Shown: positions 24,291-37,520, numbered from the whole stretch's first letter. The stretch: 63,710 nucleotides of DNA, filler included, from Chiloscyllium plagiosum (GCF_004010195.1; 7 parts of one record of this genome joined end to end with filler, not necessarily neighbours in it); one strand, 5' to 3'. Made by a program: numbers and translations. The notes: generated from the sequence alone by a model not told the origin.

Positions 24291-24739
24291 TTGCCCCATT
24301 CATTTGTCTAATACCACTTCTCCAGTGATGGTGATGATAGTTAATTCCTCTTCTATACTCTAGTGTTAATGGAATGTTCAAAATATCTTGCAATACAAAT
24401 ACTGATTAAACATATCTGTTTAACTCCTCTGCCATTTCCCTTGTTCCTGTAACTATCTTGCCAGAATTATTTTCTAAGGGGCTTATGTTCTCTTTCTTTT
24501 TATACATTTAAAGAAACTCTTACTGTCAGTTCGCTTTTCCTCACTAGTTTGCACTCATAGTTTTATTTTCTCTGTATTTATTATCTTTTTAGTCCTTTTT
24601 TGCTACATTCTTAATTTAACCTGCATGCTTGCTTTCAGTGACTGGTATACAAGGACATTCAAGTCCTTTTGCACATCAACATTTCCTAATCTATCAACAT
24701 TTAAATAGTGTTCTGCCCTTTCTATTTTTCCTACTTAAG

Positions 24740-25060
24740 AACTCAAGGTTTTCAACCATAAATTATCTCAAGAAGGTGACTTAAAAGAAGTTCTGGGATT
24801 TACATATTAATGAACTGAAACCTGCAACCCATTCTAAAAGATGAAAGACTTAACTATCCAGGTTTGTTCAATATATCACTGTATGACACTGTAATATTTT
24901 GCTATAAATTCTGTGTTGTATGATCTTATACTCCACAATCACCTGATGAAGGAAGGCACTCTGAAAGCTAGTGCTTCCAAATAAACCTGTTGGATTATAA
25001 CCTGGTGTTGTGGGATTTTTAACTTTGTCCACCCCAGTCCAACCCCGGCTCTGCCACATC
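24740..25060 (+). mobile_element. Penelope-like terminal repeat with hammerhead motif at 24940-24973
   Basis: CAC-CTGATGA-AGGAAGGCACTCT-GAAAGCTA-GTG. Confidence 0.7.
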
Positions 25061-25062
25061 AT

Positions 25063-25650
25063 ACCTTTTAAATGTTGTAAAATTGTACAACCTCCTCTGG
25101 CAGCTCATTCCAAACACGTACCACCTTTTGCATGAAAACTTTGCCCCTTAGATCCCTTTTAAATCTTTCCCCTCTCACCCTAAATCTATGTCCTCAACTT
25201 CTGGACTCCCCCTACCTCAGGGAAAAGACCTTGTCTATTTAACCTATCCATTACTCTCATGATTTTATAAACCTCCATAAGGTCCCAATGTACTAACCAA
25301 TAAAGACAAGGGTATCAAATGCCTTCTTCACTATTCTGTCTACCTCACTCCACTTTCAAGAAACTATGAATCTGCACTCCAAGGTCTCTTTGTTTGGCAA
25401 TACTCCCTAGGACCTAATCATTAAGTGCATAAGTCCTGCCATGATTTGCCCTACCAAAATGCAGCACCTCGCATTTATTTAAATTGAACTCCATCTGCCA
25501 CTTCTCAGCCCACTGACCAACCTGATCAATATCCTGTTGTAATCTGAGTTTATCTTTTTTGCTGTCCAATAGACTACCAATTTTGGTGTCATCTGTAAAC
25601 TTACTAACTAAACCCCCTCTATTCACATCCAAATACTTTATATAAATAAT
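25063..25650 (-). mobile_element. CR1 RT C-terminus and 3' part
   Basis: SKFTDDTK..WAEKWQMEFNLNKCEVLHFG. Confidence 0.85.
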
Positions 25651-25806
25651 AAAACTGAGTAAATCTCTTCTACCCTCTTTCTTGAGAATTGACATCTTTA
25701 ATTTCTGTTTATGGTAATGTTTTGCTCATCATAAAAAGCTTTCTGGAAAAATTAAAATTTAAACTAATGATTACCCATTCATTTATCTCAAATTATGACT
25801 ACATAC

Positions 25807-25948
25807 CCTGGCTTGCATATGCAGCCTTCTTCACATACTTCCGTGCAGGGCATCTGTTTGTAGATCTGGTTCTCACAGCTTGGCTCACATATCTTTCCAG
25901 TGTTATTATTTGTGCAGTAAGTGTACTCTTCTTCTTGAATGCACAGCT
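25807..25948 (-). CDS. Internal exon encoding a TIL domain: LCIQEEEYTYCTNNNTGKICEPSCENQIYKQMPCTEVCEEGCICKPG
   Basis: tactttttag acceptor, GG|gtatgt donor, 142 bp, phase 1/2; CEPSC..C...CxEGCxCxPG cysteine spacing. Confidence 0.85.
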
Positions 25949-26329
25949 CTAAAAAGTATTAAAGAATACAAAAACCATGATATGCATTGTCTAAAATCAA
26001 GTTTTATTACACCTCTCTCTCCTCTGTCAAAATCACCCTTAATACCGAAAAACAAATACACCACCTGGTTTCTCCTTTTTCCCTCTTAGGATATGAATGT
26101 CACTGGCAAGGCCAATATTTAATGGCCAATCCAATTGCTCTTGCATAGGTGTTAAAAAGAGATATAAAGTCATAAATTTTCATCTTGCACAAATCAGGAC
26201 TGAAACCCAAGCAAATCAAAATTCAAAAGAAATGACAATTTATGCAGTGTGAAAATATGGAATCCCTTGGTTTGAATTCCAACCACAGTCCCACCAATCA
26301 GCACTCATTACAAATAGCAATTCCTCAGT

Positions 26330-26950
26330 TTTTGCCTATTTACTTATGGGATATGGGCTTCTCTGACTAGACCAGCATTTATTGCCCATCCCTAATTGCC
26401 CAGAGGGCAGTTAAGAGTTACACAGGGAGAAGATACAGAAGCCTGAATACACGCACCAGCAGGTTCAGGAACAGATTCTTCCCAGTTATTATTAGACTGA
26501 TGAATGGACACTTTTGCCTCAAATAATGCCAATCTGGCTAATGTTGATGTCACCTAGTGCATGTCCTGTGCAATATAAACTGTATGCCTCTGTCTAAGTC
26601 TTTTTGATGTGTACATCCTTGCTTACTATGATCTGGGTGCGTTGCTCATAAACAGAATTTTTCACTGTACTTCGGTATACGTGACAATAAATAAATCAAC
26701 CAATCAACACATTGCTGTGGGTTTGGAGTCACATGTAGGCCAGACCAGGTAAGGACATAGATTCCTTTCCTCAAAGTACATTAGTAAACCAGATGGGCTT
26801 TTCCAACAATCAACAATGGTCATCATTAGACCCTTAATTCCAGATTCTTTATTGAATTCAAATTTAAATTCTGTAATGGCAAGATTTAAACCTGCATCCC
26901 TAGAATATTAGCTGAATTCCTGGATTCATAGTCTAGCAGTAATACCGGTT
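26330..26950 (-). mobile_element. Deu-type SINE split by a plus-strand Rex1-like 3' tail (about 26420-26705)
   Basis: SINE halves join across the insert; the insert ends GTGACAATAAATAAATCAA. Confidence 0.6.
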
Positions 26951-27319
26951 AGTTCTGGACTTCCAAGTACAGTAAACTATTTGGTATCCAGCACGCATGG
27001 AGAATGGTGGATGCCAGTTACATGAACCTGCTCATTGTAGCCAAGACCACTCGTAAGTACTCGAGAGAGAGATGCAGAGAGGTAACCAAAAGATCAATTC
27101 CTAAAGTGAGAAGACCTATTCCTGCAGACTGCCGATTGCATGAGAATTGCAGATAACTGGGTATCAGATAATGGGGACTTTACTGTAATTACTAGAATTT
27201 TGAGGATTTCTGAAGAATAATCAAACTGGACTCAAGGTATTAATTCTATTCTTCTCCACAGAAGCTGTCAAATCTGCTGGGTTTCTCCAGCATTCTCTAT
27301 GTTTGTATTAGTTCTCATA

Positions 27320-27915
27320 AAAAAATCAGTAATGTGCTAATGAGACTTTATAAAGCTGTAGTAGGCACCATTTAGAATACTGTATACAATTTTGGGCCCC
27401 ACACCTCAGGAAGCACACACTGGCACTGGAGCATGTCCAACAGAGATTCACATGGATGGTCCCCGGAATGGTAGGCCTAACATATAATGATCGGCTGAGG
27501 ATCCTGGGATTGTATTCTTTAGAGTTTAGAAGGTTGAGGGGAGATCTAATAGAAACTTACAAGATGATGTATGGCTTAGAAAGGGTGGATGCTGGGAAGT
27601 TGTTTCCGTTAGGCGGGAAGACTAGCACCTGTGGGCACAGCCTTAGAATTAGACGGGGTAAATTTAGAACAAAAATGAGGAGACATTTCTTCAGCCAGAG
27701 AATAGTGGGCCTGTGGAATTCATTGCCACAGAGCGCAGTGGAGGCCGAGAAATTAAATGTCTTCAAGGCAGAGATTGATAAATTCTTGATCTCGCAAGGA
27801 ATTAAGGGATACGGGGAGAGTGCGGGTAAGTGTAGTTGAAATGCCCATTGGCCATGATTAAATGGCAGAGTGGACTCGATGGGCCAAATGGCCTAACTTC
27901 CACTCCCATGTCTTA
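27320..27915 (+). mobile_element. CR1 3' end
   Basis: LGLYSLEFRRLRGDLIETYK..WNSLP. Confidence 0.9.
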
Positions 27916-28329
27916 TTGTTTTATACTTAGTATGGTGCAAGTGAGCTGCATTGTTCAGTAAACTTGCTGCAGCTCATCTGATTCAATGTACTGCAGTGGT
28001 TTTGGTATAACCAAGTGGCTTTTGAAGCCACTTCAAAGTCGACCACCTTGAGTTTCTGAATTCTTCCAGCCCCTGAAGGATACTGGCAATGGTGAGTTAG
28101 TTGGGAAAATATGGTAAGATTGGATAAACTAAATTCTCAGCAGAAAAGAAACTTATATTTTCCATCATGGAAACAGTTAGATGAGTTTTGCTTGGCATGA
28201 GGCCAATTTGCTGCATTTATATCTCTAACTTTAACTCATTAATCTGCCTTTTGCTATTCTCTCTCATGATGGAGAGCAACTAAATAAAGACAATTCCAGA
28301 CATGAAAATCAGAGTGAATTCCTGGAGGC

Positions 28330-28506
28330 TCCAAGTCACCACTTGCTCCTCCTGTCCACCATTTTGGCCAGCAGTCCCTAATATCTCAAATAAGCTCTAT
28401 GAGCAGCATCCACCTGCACCTCTGATCCACATAAATATAACCTCATCACGTCATCATGGCACATTTTGGACTAATGTGCAATACAGTTCACCACTTCAAT
28501 GCTGCA
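28330..28506 (-). pseudogene. Possible decayed C8-domain exon of the mucin-like gene
   Basis: CSIEVVNCIAH*SKMCHDDV..LC..AAHRAYLRY*GLLAKMVDRRSK loosely fits C8 (Y..MC..D....AY...C....VDWRS); TAG at 28471-28473 and 28378-28380. Confidence 0.35.
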
Positions 28507-28835
28507 CTTTGGAGTGAAATAGCACTTTACTTTTTCTCACTTTTGGGACATGGATGTCATTCATTTGCTTGCATTTCTTGTCCTTCCCTAGTTGCCTTTG
28601 GTGATGGTAAGCTGCACTTCCTGAACCGCTGCAGTTCACATGCCATAGGTTAACACACAGTGCCCTTAGGGAGGAAACTGCAATTGTAATGCAGCTGATA
28701 GGCTGCTTTGCACACATGGACAGACACATCTCATGCATCGGAACAGGATACATCTTAGGACTCTTAACTTAGTCTTTTAGAGCTCACTCTGCACGTTCTT
28801 GGATGCTCACATCATTGCTGCCTTGCTTGGCTTAC

Positions 28836-28897
28836 CTTTTTGCACACTGCCGTATCATTTAGTACTTTCAACGTAATGTAACTTATAGTCTTGTATC
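28836..28897 (-). CDS. Probable short exon: YKTISYITLKVLNDTAVCKK
   Basis: tgtctgttgtag acceptor, AAG|gtaagc donor, 62 bp, single open frame. Confidence 0.5.
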
Positions 28898-29632
28898 CTA
28901 CAACAGACACAAAATCAGGCAGCTTGTCATGTTGGCAGCAGTGATCAGTGAAGGAGGTGGACATGCTATGCCAATAAGGTGTTATGCCAATTGTGCTATG
29001 CCAGTGTCATACCTGCAACATGTGTTACATGCCAACATACTGCATCAATCAAACGGCCATGTCTCAAAATCTAAGTCGTGCAGTCCTCAGTCAAGTCAAA
29101 GGAACAGTCATCCTTCAGGGTGTACTGGCTCACTAATCAAGGTCATTGACCAATATTAGTCCAGGGGTTTGGGATAGGATTGATCACATGGTAATGGTGG
29201 TCAAAGTTAGACATTTTGTACAATTACAGTTCAGGTAGTGGCCATGATTAGTTCTACAGGTCCAATACAACTGGACGGGGGATTTATAAGTAAGTCAGCT
29301 GGGAGGTGCACAGAGATTAATCAGGAATATATAGTCACTTGCAGTCGTGGCTGTCCTTCTAAGTTGGTCGGGGGGTTGGGCTACAGTTATTCCTGAACAA
29401 TAACAAGATATTAGGCTATCCTGATAGTTAGGGAAATAGTACACTTTCCTTACACAGAATTCAACCATGACATGGTCCTAAGGACAGGTAACCTGTGTAG
29501 CTTGATTTTTGTAGTTGTAGTTATAGTGTCAGTTGATCAGACAGGCGATGATGTAAAGTGGCAATACATTTATGAATGTGTGATTCTATTTCTAATGAAG
29601 TGTCATTCATTCCACCTATGTGCACTCAGAAG

Positions 29633-29953
29633 ATTAGATTAGATTAGATTACTTACAGTGTGGAAACAGGCCCTTCGGCCCAACAAGTCCACACCGACCC
29701 GCCGAAGCGCAACCCACCCATACCCCTACATTTACCCCTTTTAACCTAACACTACAGGCAATTTAGCATGGCCAATTCACCTGACCCGCACATTTTTGGA
29801 TTGTGGGAGGAAACCGGAGCACCCGGAGGAAACCCACGCAGACACGGGGAGAATGTGCAAACTCCACACAGTCAGTCGCCTGAGTCGGGAATTGAACCCA
29901 GGTCTCTGGCGCTGTGAGGCAGCAGTGCTAACCACTGTGCCACCGTGCCGCCC
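29633..29953 (-). mobile_element. Young full-length HE1-type SINE
   Basis: CpG-retaining tRNA head and (AATCT)n tail. Confidence 0.92.
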
Positions 29954-30354
29954 ACTTAAACATATTTTTTTTTTCAAAAGGTTTTCTTCCTTGTTTCCCT
30001 CATACTACATTTGCTGACAAGGATTTCTTGTGGCCAGTTACTAAAGACCTGATGCACAGGTCTATAAAGATGGTGTTAAAGCCAGTGCCAAACATCCCAG
30101 ATGGTTCTGACAGTGGCTAGTGTTTTTACTGCTGGTGAGTGCTCAACAGCCACAGATATATGCTGCAGTCATAATTCGGTAAGCAGTATAAATTATGTGA
30201 GTACTATGGTAGAGCACGTTGAGGGAAATCCTCCATGAAACTCCACAAAACTAATATCTAGACGATTTATGGTACAATTCAGCTGAGAGTCAAATGAAGA
30301 CTAGTCCAGGTAAGGACAGTAGACTACTTTTGCTAAAGGATATCAGTGAATAAA

Positions 30355-31100
30355 AAGCAAAGAATAATATAGCAAAGGAACAAGCCCCTCCGCCAACCAA
30401 GACTGCACCTATTCCTAATCCTTATTTAGAACCACCACCCATTGCCCATAAATGGTTTAAATCTCCCTGTTAATCTCTCATTCATGTTTATGACTGCCTT
30501 AAATACCTGCTTCCACAACCTTCACTGGCAGTGCGTTCCAGGCACCCACTACCCTCTTGTATGAAACAATTTCCCTCATTTCTCCCCTAACCTCTCCCCC
30601 CTTATCTTGAACATTTGCCTCCGTATAGTTGACCTTTCAACCCTGAGTAAAAGTCTCTGACTATCTACCCGATATATGATTAGATTACCTACAGTATGGA
30701 AACAGGCCCTTCGGCCCAACAAGTCCACACCAACCCTCCAAAGAGCAATTCCCCTACATTTACCCCTGACACATGGGCAATTTAGCATGGCCAATTCACC
30801 TGACCTGCACATCTTTGGACTGCGGGAGGAAACCACAGCACCCGGAGAAAACCCACGCAGACACGGGGAGAATATGCAAACTCCACAAAGACAGTTGCCC
30901 GAGACTGGAATCGAACCCGGGTCCCTGGTGCTGTGAGGCAGCAATGCTAACCACTGAGCCACCATGATATCCTTTAGCCAAAGAAGTCTCTATAATTTTG
31001 TAGACCACTATCAGTTCACACCCCCCAGCCTCCCTCTTTTCATGAAAACAATTCATGTTCATCCAATCTCTCCTCATACCTAAAACCCTCCAGACCAATA
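30355..31100 (-). mobile_element. CR1 3' end interrupted by HE1 SINE (30678-30966)
   Basis: CR1 terminus on both sides of the SINE. Confidence 0.8.
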
Positions 31101-31144
31101 TTTAATTAGTTAGTCAATTAGTTGATATAAAGCTAAGACTTACA

Positions 31145-31952
31145 ATGGCAGGAGACCTCAGACCCGTGGCATGTGCCTCTTGCCTGATGTGGGAGCTCAG
31201 GGAAGTGGCTGACGTTCCTGGATCTTACACTTGCATGAAGTGTGTCCAGCTGCAGCTCTTGCTTGACTGCAAGACGGCTCTGGAACTGCGGATGGACTTA
31301 CTGAGGAGCATCCACGATGCTGAGGAGGTCATGGATAGCGCGTTTAGTGAATTGGTCACACCGCAGATTAGAATTGCTGAGGGAGACAGGGAATGGGTGA
31401 CCAAAAGGCAGAGAAAGAGTAGGAAGGCAGTGTATACCATTTTGGATAATGTTGGGGAAATGGCTCACCAGGGGAGGGCAGCGGTTGCCATGATCATGGC
31501 ACCGTGGAGGGCACTGCTGTTCAGAGGGGCAGGAAAAAGACTCGTGGGGCCATAGTCATAGGGGATTCAATTGTAAGGGAAGTCGATAGGCAAAAATAAG
31601 ACTCCCGGATGGTATGTTGCCTCTCATGTGCTCAGGTCAGGGACATCACCGAACGGCTGCAGAGCATTCTAAAAGGGGAGGGTGAACAGCCAGCTGTCAT
31701 GGTGCACATTGACACCAGTGATATAAGTAAAAAAACGAGATGAGGTCCTGAAAGCATAATTCAGGGAGCTAGGAGAGAAGTTAAAGAGGATGACCTCAAA
31801 GGTAATGATCTCGGGATTGCTACCAGTGCCACATGCTAGCCAGTGTAGAAATGAAAGAATAGGCAGGATGAACACGTGGTTTGAGGGATGGTGTAGGAGG
31901 GAGGGGTTCAGATTTGTGGGACATTGGGACCGGTTCTGGGGAAGGTGGGACT
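31145..31952 (+). mobile_element. CR1 ORF1 (zinc finger/coiled coil + SGNH esterase)
   Basis: CASC..CMKC, IVIGDSIVR, VHIDTSD, ISGLLPVP. Confidence 0.88.
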
Positions 31953-31959
31953 ATCAGGG

Positions 31960-32470
31960 AAAGGAAATCTCAGGTAAAGGATAGATCAAATACACGTACA
32001 AACACCAGCGCACATGTAGACGTGCGCGGAAAACAACCTAACGAAGCTGTACATAGTCTTAAGTCTGTTCCAGATCCTGACCTTGATGACTGCCCTCCAA
32101 GACCTACAGCCCTCCTACGAGATCCGCTGGCGAAGGTTCCAAGTCAGTGGCGCCGCCTCAGAGTCTGCTGGATAACCAATAGCAAATTGCAACCAACTGA
32201 AGCAAGAAGCCCAAAATGACAATGGCCACTCCAAGACGGAAAGGCATCCAGGGCCTGCTTGCGATCTCCCCACAACGGATGATGAGGGAAGGAGTATGGT
32301 GTGGCCCCAATGGTCTACCACAATCATTATTTCCATTCTATGCCAAACTGACACACGGTAAGGACCATGTGTTAAAAGGGAGGATGTATGACAGTATTTC
32401 AGCACACTGGTACACTAAGGGATTTACTCATTACTCCCAGAAGTATTGTGAACGATGTGTTATCTGCACC
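31960..32470 (+). mobile_element. Endogenous retrovirus pol fragment (integrase HHCC zinc finger)
   Basis: LPQSLFPFYAKLTHGKDHVLKGRM..WYTKG..YCERCVIC. Confidence 0.7.
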
Positions 32471-33015
32471 TCCACAGACATCATTTACTGCATCTGCTGC
32501 ACCTATATTGGGGAGACAGGCCGCCTACTTGCGGAACATTTCAGAGAACACCTCTGGGACACCCGGACCAACCAACCCAAACACCCCATGGCTCAACACT
32601 TCAACTCCCCCTCCCACTCCACCAAGACATGCAGGTCCTTGGACTCCTCCATCGTCAGACCATAGCAACACGACGGCTGGAGGAAGAGCGCCTCATCTTC
32701 CGCCTAGGAACCCTCCAACCACAAAGGATGAACTCAGACTTCTCCAGTTTCCTCATTTCCCCTCCCCCCTTGTTGAAACTTTATTGCTGGAACAGCACAG
32801 CAGGTCAGGCAGCATCCAGGAAACAGGAGATTCGACGTTTCGGGCACAGGCCCTACTTCAGGAATGAGCAGAGAGCGTTCAGCAGGAGAAGATAAAAGGT
32901 AGGGAGGAGGGACTTGGAGGAGGGGCGTGGGAAATGTGATAGGTGGAAAGAGGTCAAGGTGAGGGTGATAGGTCGGAATAGGGTGGAGGCGGAGAGGTCA
33001 AGAAGAAGACTGCAG
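32465..33015 (+). mobile_element. Penelope-like GIY-YIG followed by an inverted terminal repeat
   Basis: IIYCI..YIGETGRLLAEHFREH..LEEERLIFRLGTLQP; minus-strand pLTR at about 32770-33015. Confidence 0.85.
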
Positions 33016-33178
33016 ATCTTTGAGGGGCCCTATTCTCTCCCTAGTTACCCTTTTATCCTTAATATATTTGTAAAATCCNNNNNNNNNNNNNNNNNNNNNN
33101 NNNNNNNNNNNNNNNNNNNNNNTTAATTAATTAANNNNNNNNNNNNNNNNNNNNNNNNNNNNNNNNNNNNNNNNNNNN

Positions 33179-33477
33179 ATGGAGATGGAGAGGTTCAGGA
33201 AGGGGAGGGAGGTGTCAGAGATGGTCCAGGTAAATTTAAGGTCAGGGTGGAATGTGTTGGTGAAGTTGATGAATTGCTCAACCTCCTCGCGGGAGCACGA
33301 GGTGGCACCAATGCAGTCATCAATGTAGCGGAGGAAGAGGTGGGGTTTGGTGCCGGTGTAATTACGGAAGATCAACTGTTCTATGTAGCCAACAACGAGA
33401 CAGGCATAGCTGGGGCCCATACGTGTGCCCACGGCTACCCCTTTGGTCTGGAGGAAGTGGGAGGATTCAAAGGAGAC
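33179..33477 (-). mobile_element. Penelope-like RT core
   Basis: LQTKGVAVGTRMGPSYA..FLRYIDDC..LPFLNL. Confidence 0.92.
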
Positions 33478-33886
33478 AATAGTAGACTGTCCGACATTAA
33501 GAGCATTTAAATGGGCGTTGGACATACATATGGATAATAATGGAATGGTGTAGGTTAGATGGGCATCAGATTATTTTCACAGGTCGGCGCAACATCGAGG
33601 GCTGAAGGGCTTGTACTGCGCTGTAATGTTCTATGTCTATGTCTATATCATGTCTCATTGCTGTTGTCCAGTTTCTCCTGTTCAAAATTAGAAGGTTTGT
33701 TTTGTTTTTATCCTTTCTGCCTTTCTGTTGGTCCATGTGAGTACCAACAATATAGATACAATAAGTGATGAGGTCCTGCAAGCAGAATATAGGGAGCTAG
33801 GAAATAAATTTGAAAAAGCAGCACCTCAAAGATCACAATCCAGGATTACTCCCAGTGCTATGTGTTACTGCGATCAAGAATAAGAT

Positions 33887-34199
33887 TGTGCGAAGATTTG
33901 TAGCTCGGGTGCTCGTTGTTGTGGTTCTGTTCGCCGAGCTGGAAGCTTTTGTTGCAAACGTTTCGTCCCCTGGCTAGGCGACATCTTCAGTGCTTGGGAC
34001 CCTCCTGCGAAGCGCTTCTTTGATGTTTCCTCCGGTGTTTATAGTGGTCTGTCCCTGCCGCTTCCGGTTGTCACTATAAACACTGGAGGAAACATCAAAG
34101 AAGCACTTTGCAGGAGGCTCCCAAGCACTGATGATGTCGCCTAGCCAGAGGACGAAACGTTTGCAACAAAAACTTCCAGCTCGGCGAACAGAACCACAA
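33887..34199. mobile_element. Fold-back Penelope-derived mini-element with two opposed hammerhead motifs (33954-33993 minus; 34125-34164 plus)
   Basis: 131-bp inverted arms at 33916-34046 and 34072-34202; 12-bp TSD CAAGAATAAGAT. Confidence 0.85.
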
Positions 34200-35984
34200 C
34201 AAGAATAAGATAATTGATGGGAAGAATGTATGGCTGGAGATGATGGCATGGGGCGAGTGAGTTCAATTCTAGAGGCATTGGGAACGATTCTGAAGAAGAT
34301 GGAATCTGGACAAGCTAGACAGACTGCACCCCAGCAGGACCAGGAACAACATTCTCACAGGGGCATTCACTAATACACTTCATTCACTAGTGGGGGAGGG
34401 ATTAAACAGATGTGGCAGGGGAGCAGGAACCTGAGTGGGGAGACAAGAGTGACGGAAACAAAAGGGAAATGAATGATAGAAAAGTAGAAAGGAAAAGTGG
34501 AAAACAAGGGCTCACAACACTTAAGGTTGGACGACAAAATAATGTACAAATGTTAAAAAAGACAATTCTAGTAGTATCGCATTTAAACACACAGAGCATT
34601 CACATAATATCGACAAATTAACAGCACAAACACTTGAATGCAAGTCCACTATGATGGTGATTACAGCGACATGTCTGTGGGGTACCTGGAAACTGAGCAC
34701 CAAAGAGCATTCAATCATCAGAAAGGACAGGAAAAATGGAAAGGAGGTGGGACAGTGATGTGAATGAAAGACGAAATCAGTGCAATCGTGAAAAGAATAA
34801 TGGTGCACATTTAGATGTAGAATCAGTCTGGATGGAATTAAGAAACAACAAGAGCAGCATACAGGTCGACAAACAGTGCAGTGAGATAGGGAATTGCACT
34901 AAACAAGAAATTAGTGATACACATAACAACGGTGCTACTGTCATCATGGTGATTTTAATCTACATGTAGACAGGCCTAATCACACTAGCAGTGGATGAAT
35001 GAATGGAAATGGATTTTTACGTCAGCACATTGAGGAACCATTTAGACTGTAAGCAAAACTAGATTTGATTTTGTGGAATGAGGCAGTGTTAATTAATAAT
35101 ATTGTTGCAAGAGGCACCTCTGGAGAAAGGGACCAAAGCACTTACCACTTGGAAATAGACCGCCATTCCTTCACTGGATCACAATCCTGGGATTCCCTGT
35201 TTAACAGCATTGTGGGTCAATCTACAGCACATAGATTGCAGCAGTTCATGAAAGCAGCTCATAACCACCTTCTCAAGGGCAACGAGGGAAGATAATAAAT
35301 GTTGGCCAGCCACCAACACTTACATCCCACAAATGAATTTTAAAAAATAGAATTCTTCATGGGCTAGGAAATGAAGTAGTCCAATCCAAAACTATGATCC
35401 TAAATCTAAGCAAGGGTTTGGTTGTAATAAACTGGTTACTTCATTAAAAGGCATGACAGTGAATGAGCACTATTTAAGGAATGAGTGCATGCATTGCAAT
35501 AGTTATACATTCCTTTCAGATGAAAAACGTAGCAGTAAATGTAGTTCAACATTGGTGAACTAAATAAATCATGGACAGTAATATATCCAAAAAAGAGACA
35601 TTAAAGTTGCTGGAAAAAATAGCAAGCCTCAGGTCTGGGAACGGTTTAGAATTCAGTGAAGAAGGACCAAGAAAGAGCAAACACAGTATAAAAATAAACT
35701 TATAAGGATAGTGAAAGTAGGACCTCAAAGGCTGTAATCTCAGTGTATACACAAGTATTTATAATCATTCAGTTCAGAACAGCATTCTTTCTCTCTTAAA
35801 GATACAGCACATGTCTTCAACTTCATAACACAAGAGTTGATGTTAATAATATGCCAGAAATGATAGGCTTAGTGAGAGGGAGCAACTGAAGCAAATCTGT
35901 ACTAGTAGGGAAATGTTATTGGACAAATTGATGGTATTGAAAGCTGATAAATCCCCAGGACCTGACAAACTCCAGAGTACATAA

Positions 35985-37520
35985 TTTGAATTGATTTATT
36001 GTCTCATGTACCTAAGTACAGCGGAAGGTTTTGCTTTGTGTGCAGTACAGGCAAATCATCGTGTGACTGAACAGAGCGAGGCATACAAAGTTACAGCTGC
36101 AAAGATGTATAAAAAGCAAAATAAACATTAGATTTGAAATTTAAGAACTCCATTCAGCAATCTAATAACAACAGGGAAGAAGCTGTTCTTGAACCTGTCA
36201 GTACGAGTGTTGAAGGTTTATATCTTCTGCCTGACGTAAGAGGTTTAAAGAGAGTATAACTGGGGGTAGGAGGGATTTTTGGTGATGTTGGCTGCTTTTC
36301 CATGGCAACAAGAAGTGTAGCCGGAGTCAATGGATGGGAGGTTGGTTTGTGTGATGGTCTGGGCTGTGTTCACAACTCTCTGCAGTTTCTTATAGTCCTG
36401 GACAAAGCAGTTGCTGTACCAAACCGTGATGCATCCAGATAGAATGCTTTCTATGGTGCATCTATAAAAGTTGGTGAGTATCCTTATTGTCATGTTGAAT
36501 TTCCTTAGCCTTCTGAGAAAGAAGAGGCGTTGTTGTACCTTCTTGACCAAACTAATCTCCAAACTCCGATACGAAGGTCTCTGCTCCACCTTCTGCAACT
36601 GGATCAGCATTCATCAATGTGGGCGGTCCATGTTAAATTGTTGGTTATCATCACTCTTAAATCCTTGACGTTCTGGACCATCTCCAACTGAGCAACATTG
36701 ATGTAGCTAGGAACACGTCCCCCTTCTTGCTTCCTGAATTTGATGATCAGCTCTTTAGTTTTGCTGACATTGAGGGAGATAATGTTATCTTTGCACCACT
36801 TCATCAAGCATTCTATCTCCTTCCAGTTTACTGTCTTATGATTGTTTGATATCTGGTGTACAACAGTGGTGTAGATGGAGTTTGAAATTTGACCACACAT
36901 TCATGAGTGTACAGGGTGTACAGTAGAGGACTGATAACGCATCCTTGAGGAGCGCCAGTGTTGAGGATTATCTTGAAGGAGGTGCTGTTGTCTATTCTCA
37001 CTCATTGTGGTCGATGGATCAGGAAGTTAAGGATCCAGTTGCAGAGGGTGGAGCAGAGACCAAGGTTTCAGAGTTTGGATATTAGTTTGGTTGAATTATA
37101 GTGTTGAAGGTGGAGCTGTGGTTGATTACTAGAAGCCTGACATAGGTATTTTTATTATCCAGATGTTCCAGAGATGACAGTAGGGCTAGGGAAATGGTAT
37201 CTGCTGTGGACCTGTGACACTGGTAGGCAAACTGCGAAGGATCAAAGCAGGCTGGGAGGCTAGAATTGATATGAGCCATGACTAACCTCTCAAAGTACTT
37301 CATAATTAGAGCCACTGGGCAGTAGTGTTTGAGGCATGCTGCATGTGTCTTCTTTGGTACCGGCATGATTGTGGTCTTATTGAAGCAGTTGGGGACTTCA
37401 GATTATAGCAAGGAGAGGTTAAAGATGTCAGTGAATATCCCACCAGCAAGTCCACACAGAATCTGAAAGCACTCCTAGGCCAGTTACTTTCCTTATGTTC
37501 ACTTTCAAGAAGGCAGATCT
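35985..37520 (-). mobile_element. Rex1/Babar LINE RT and 3' end
   Basis: [54 protein letters not shown]. Confidence 0.85.

Noticed and set aside
26968..27188. Tigger-like MITE (TACAGTAAA...TTTACTGTA)
   Set aside because: The terminal match is short and degenerate; not enough to call.
29860..29953. tRNA gene
   Set aside because: The A/B boxes belong to an HE1 SINE head continuous with core and tail; the same holds for the other copies.
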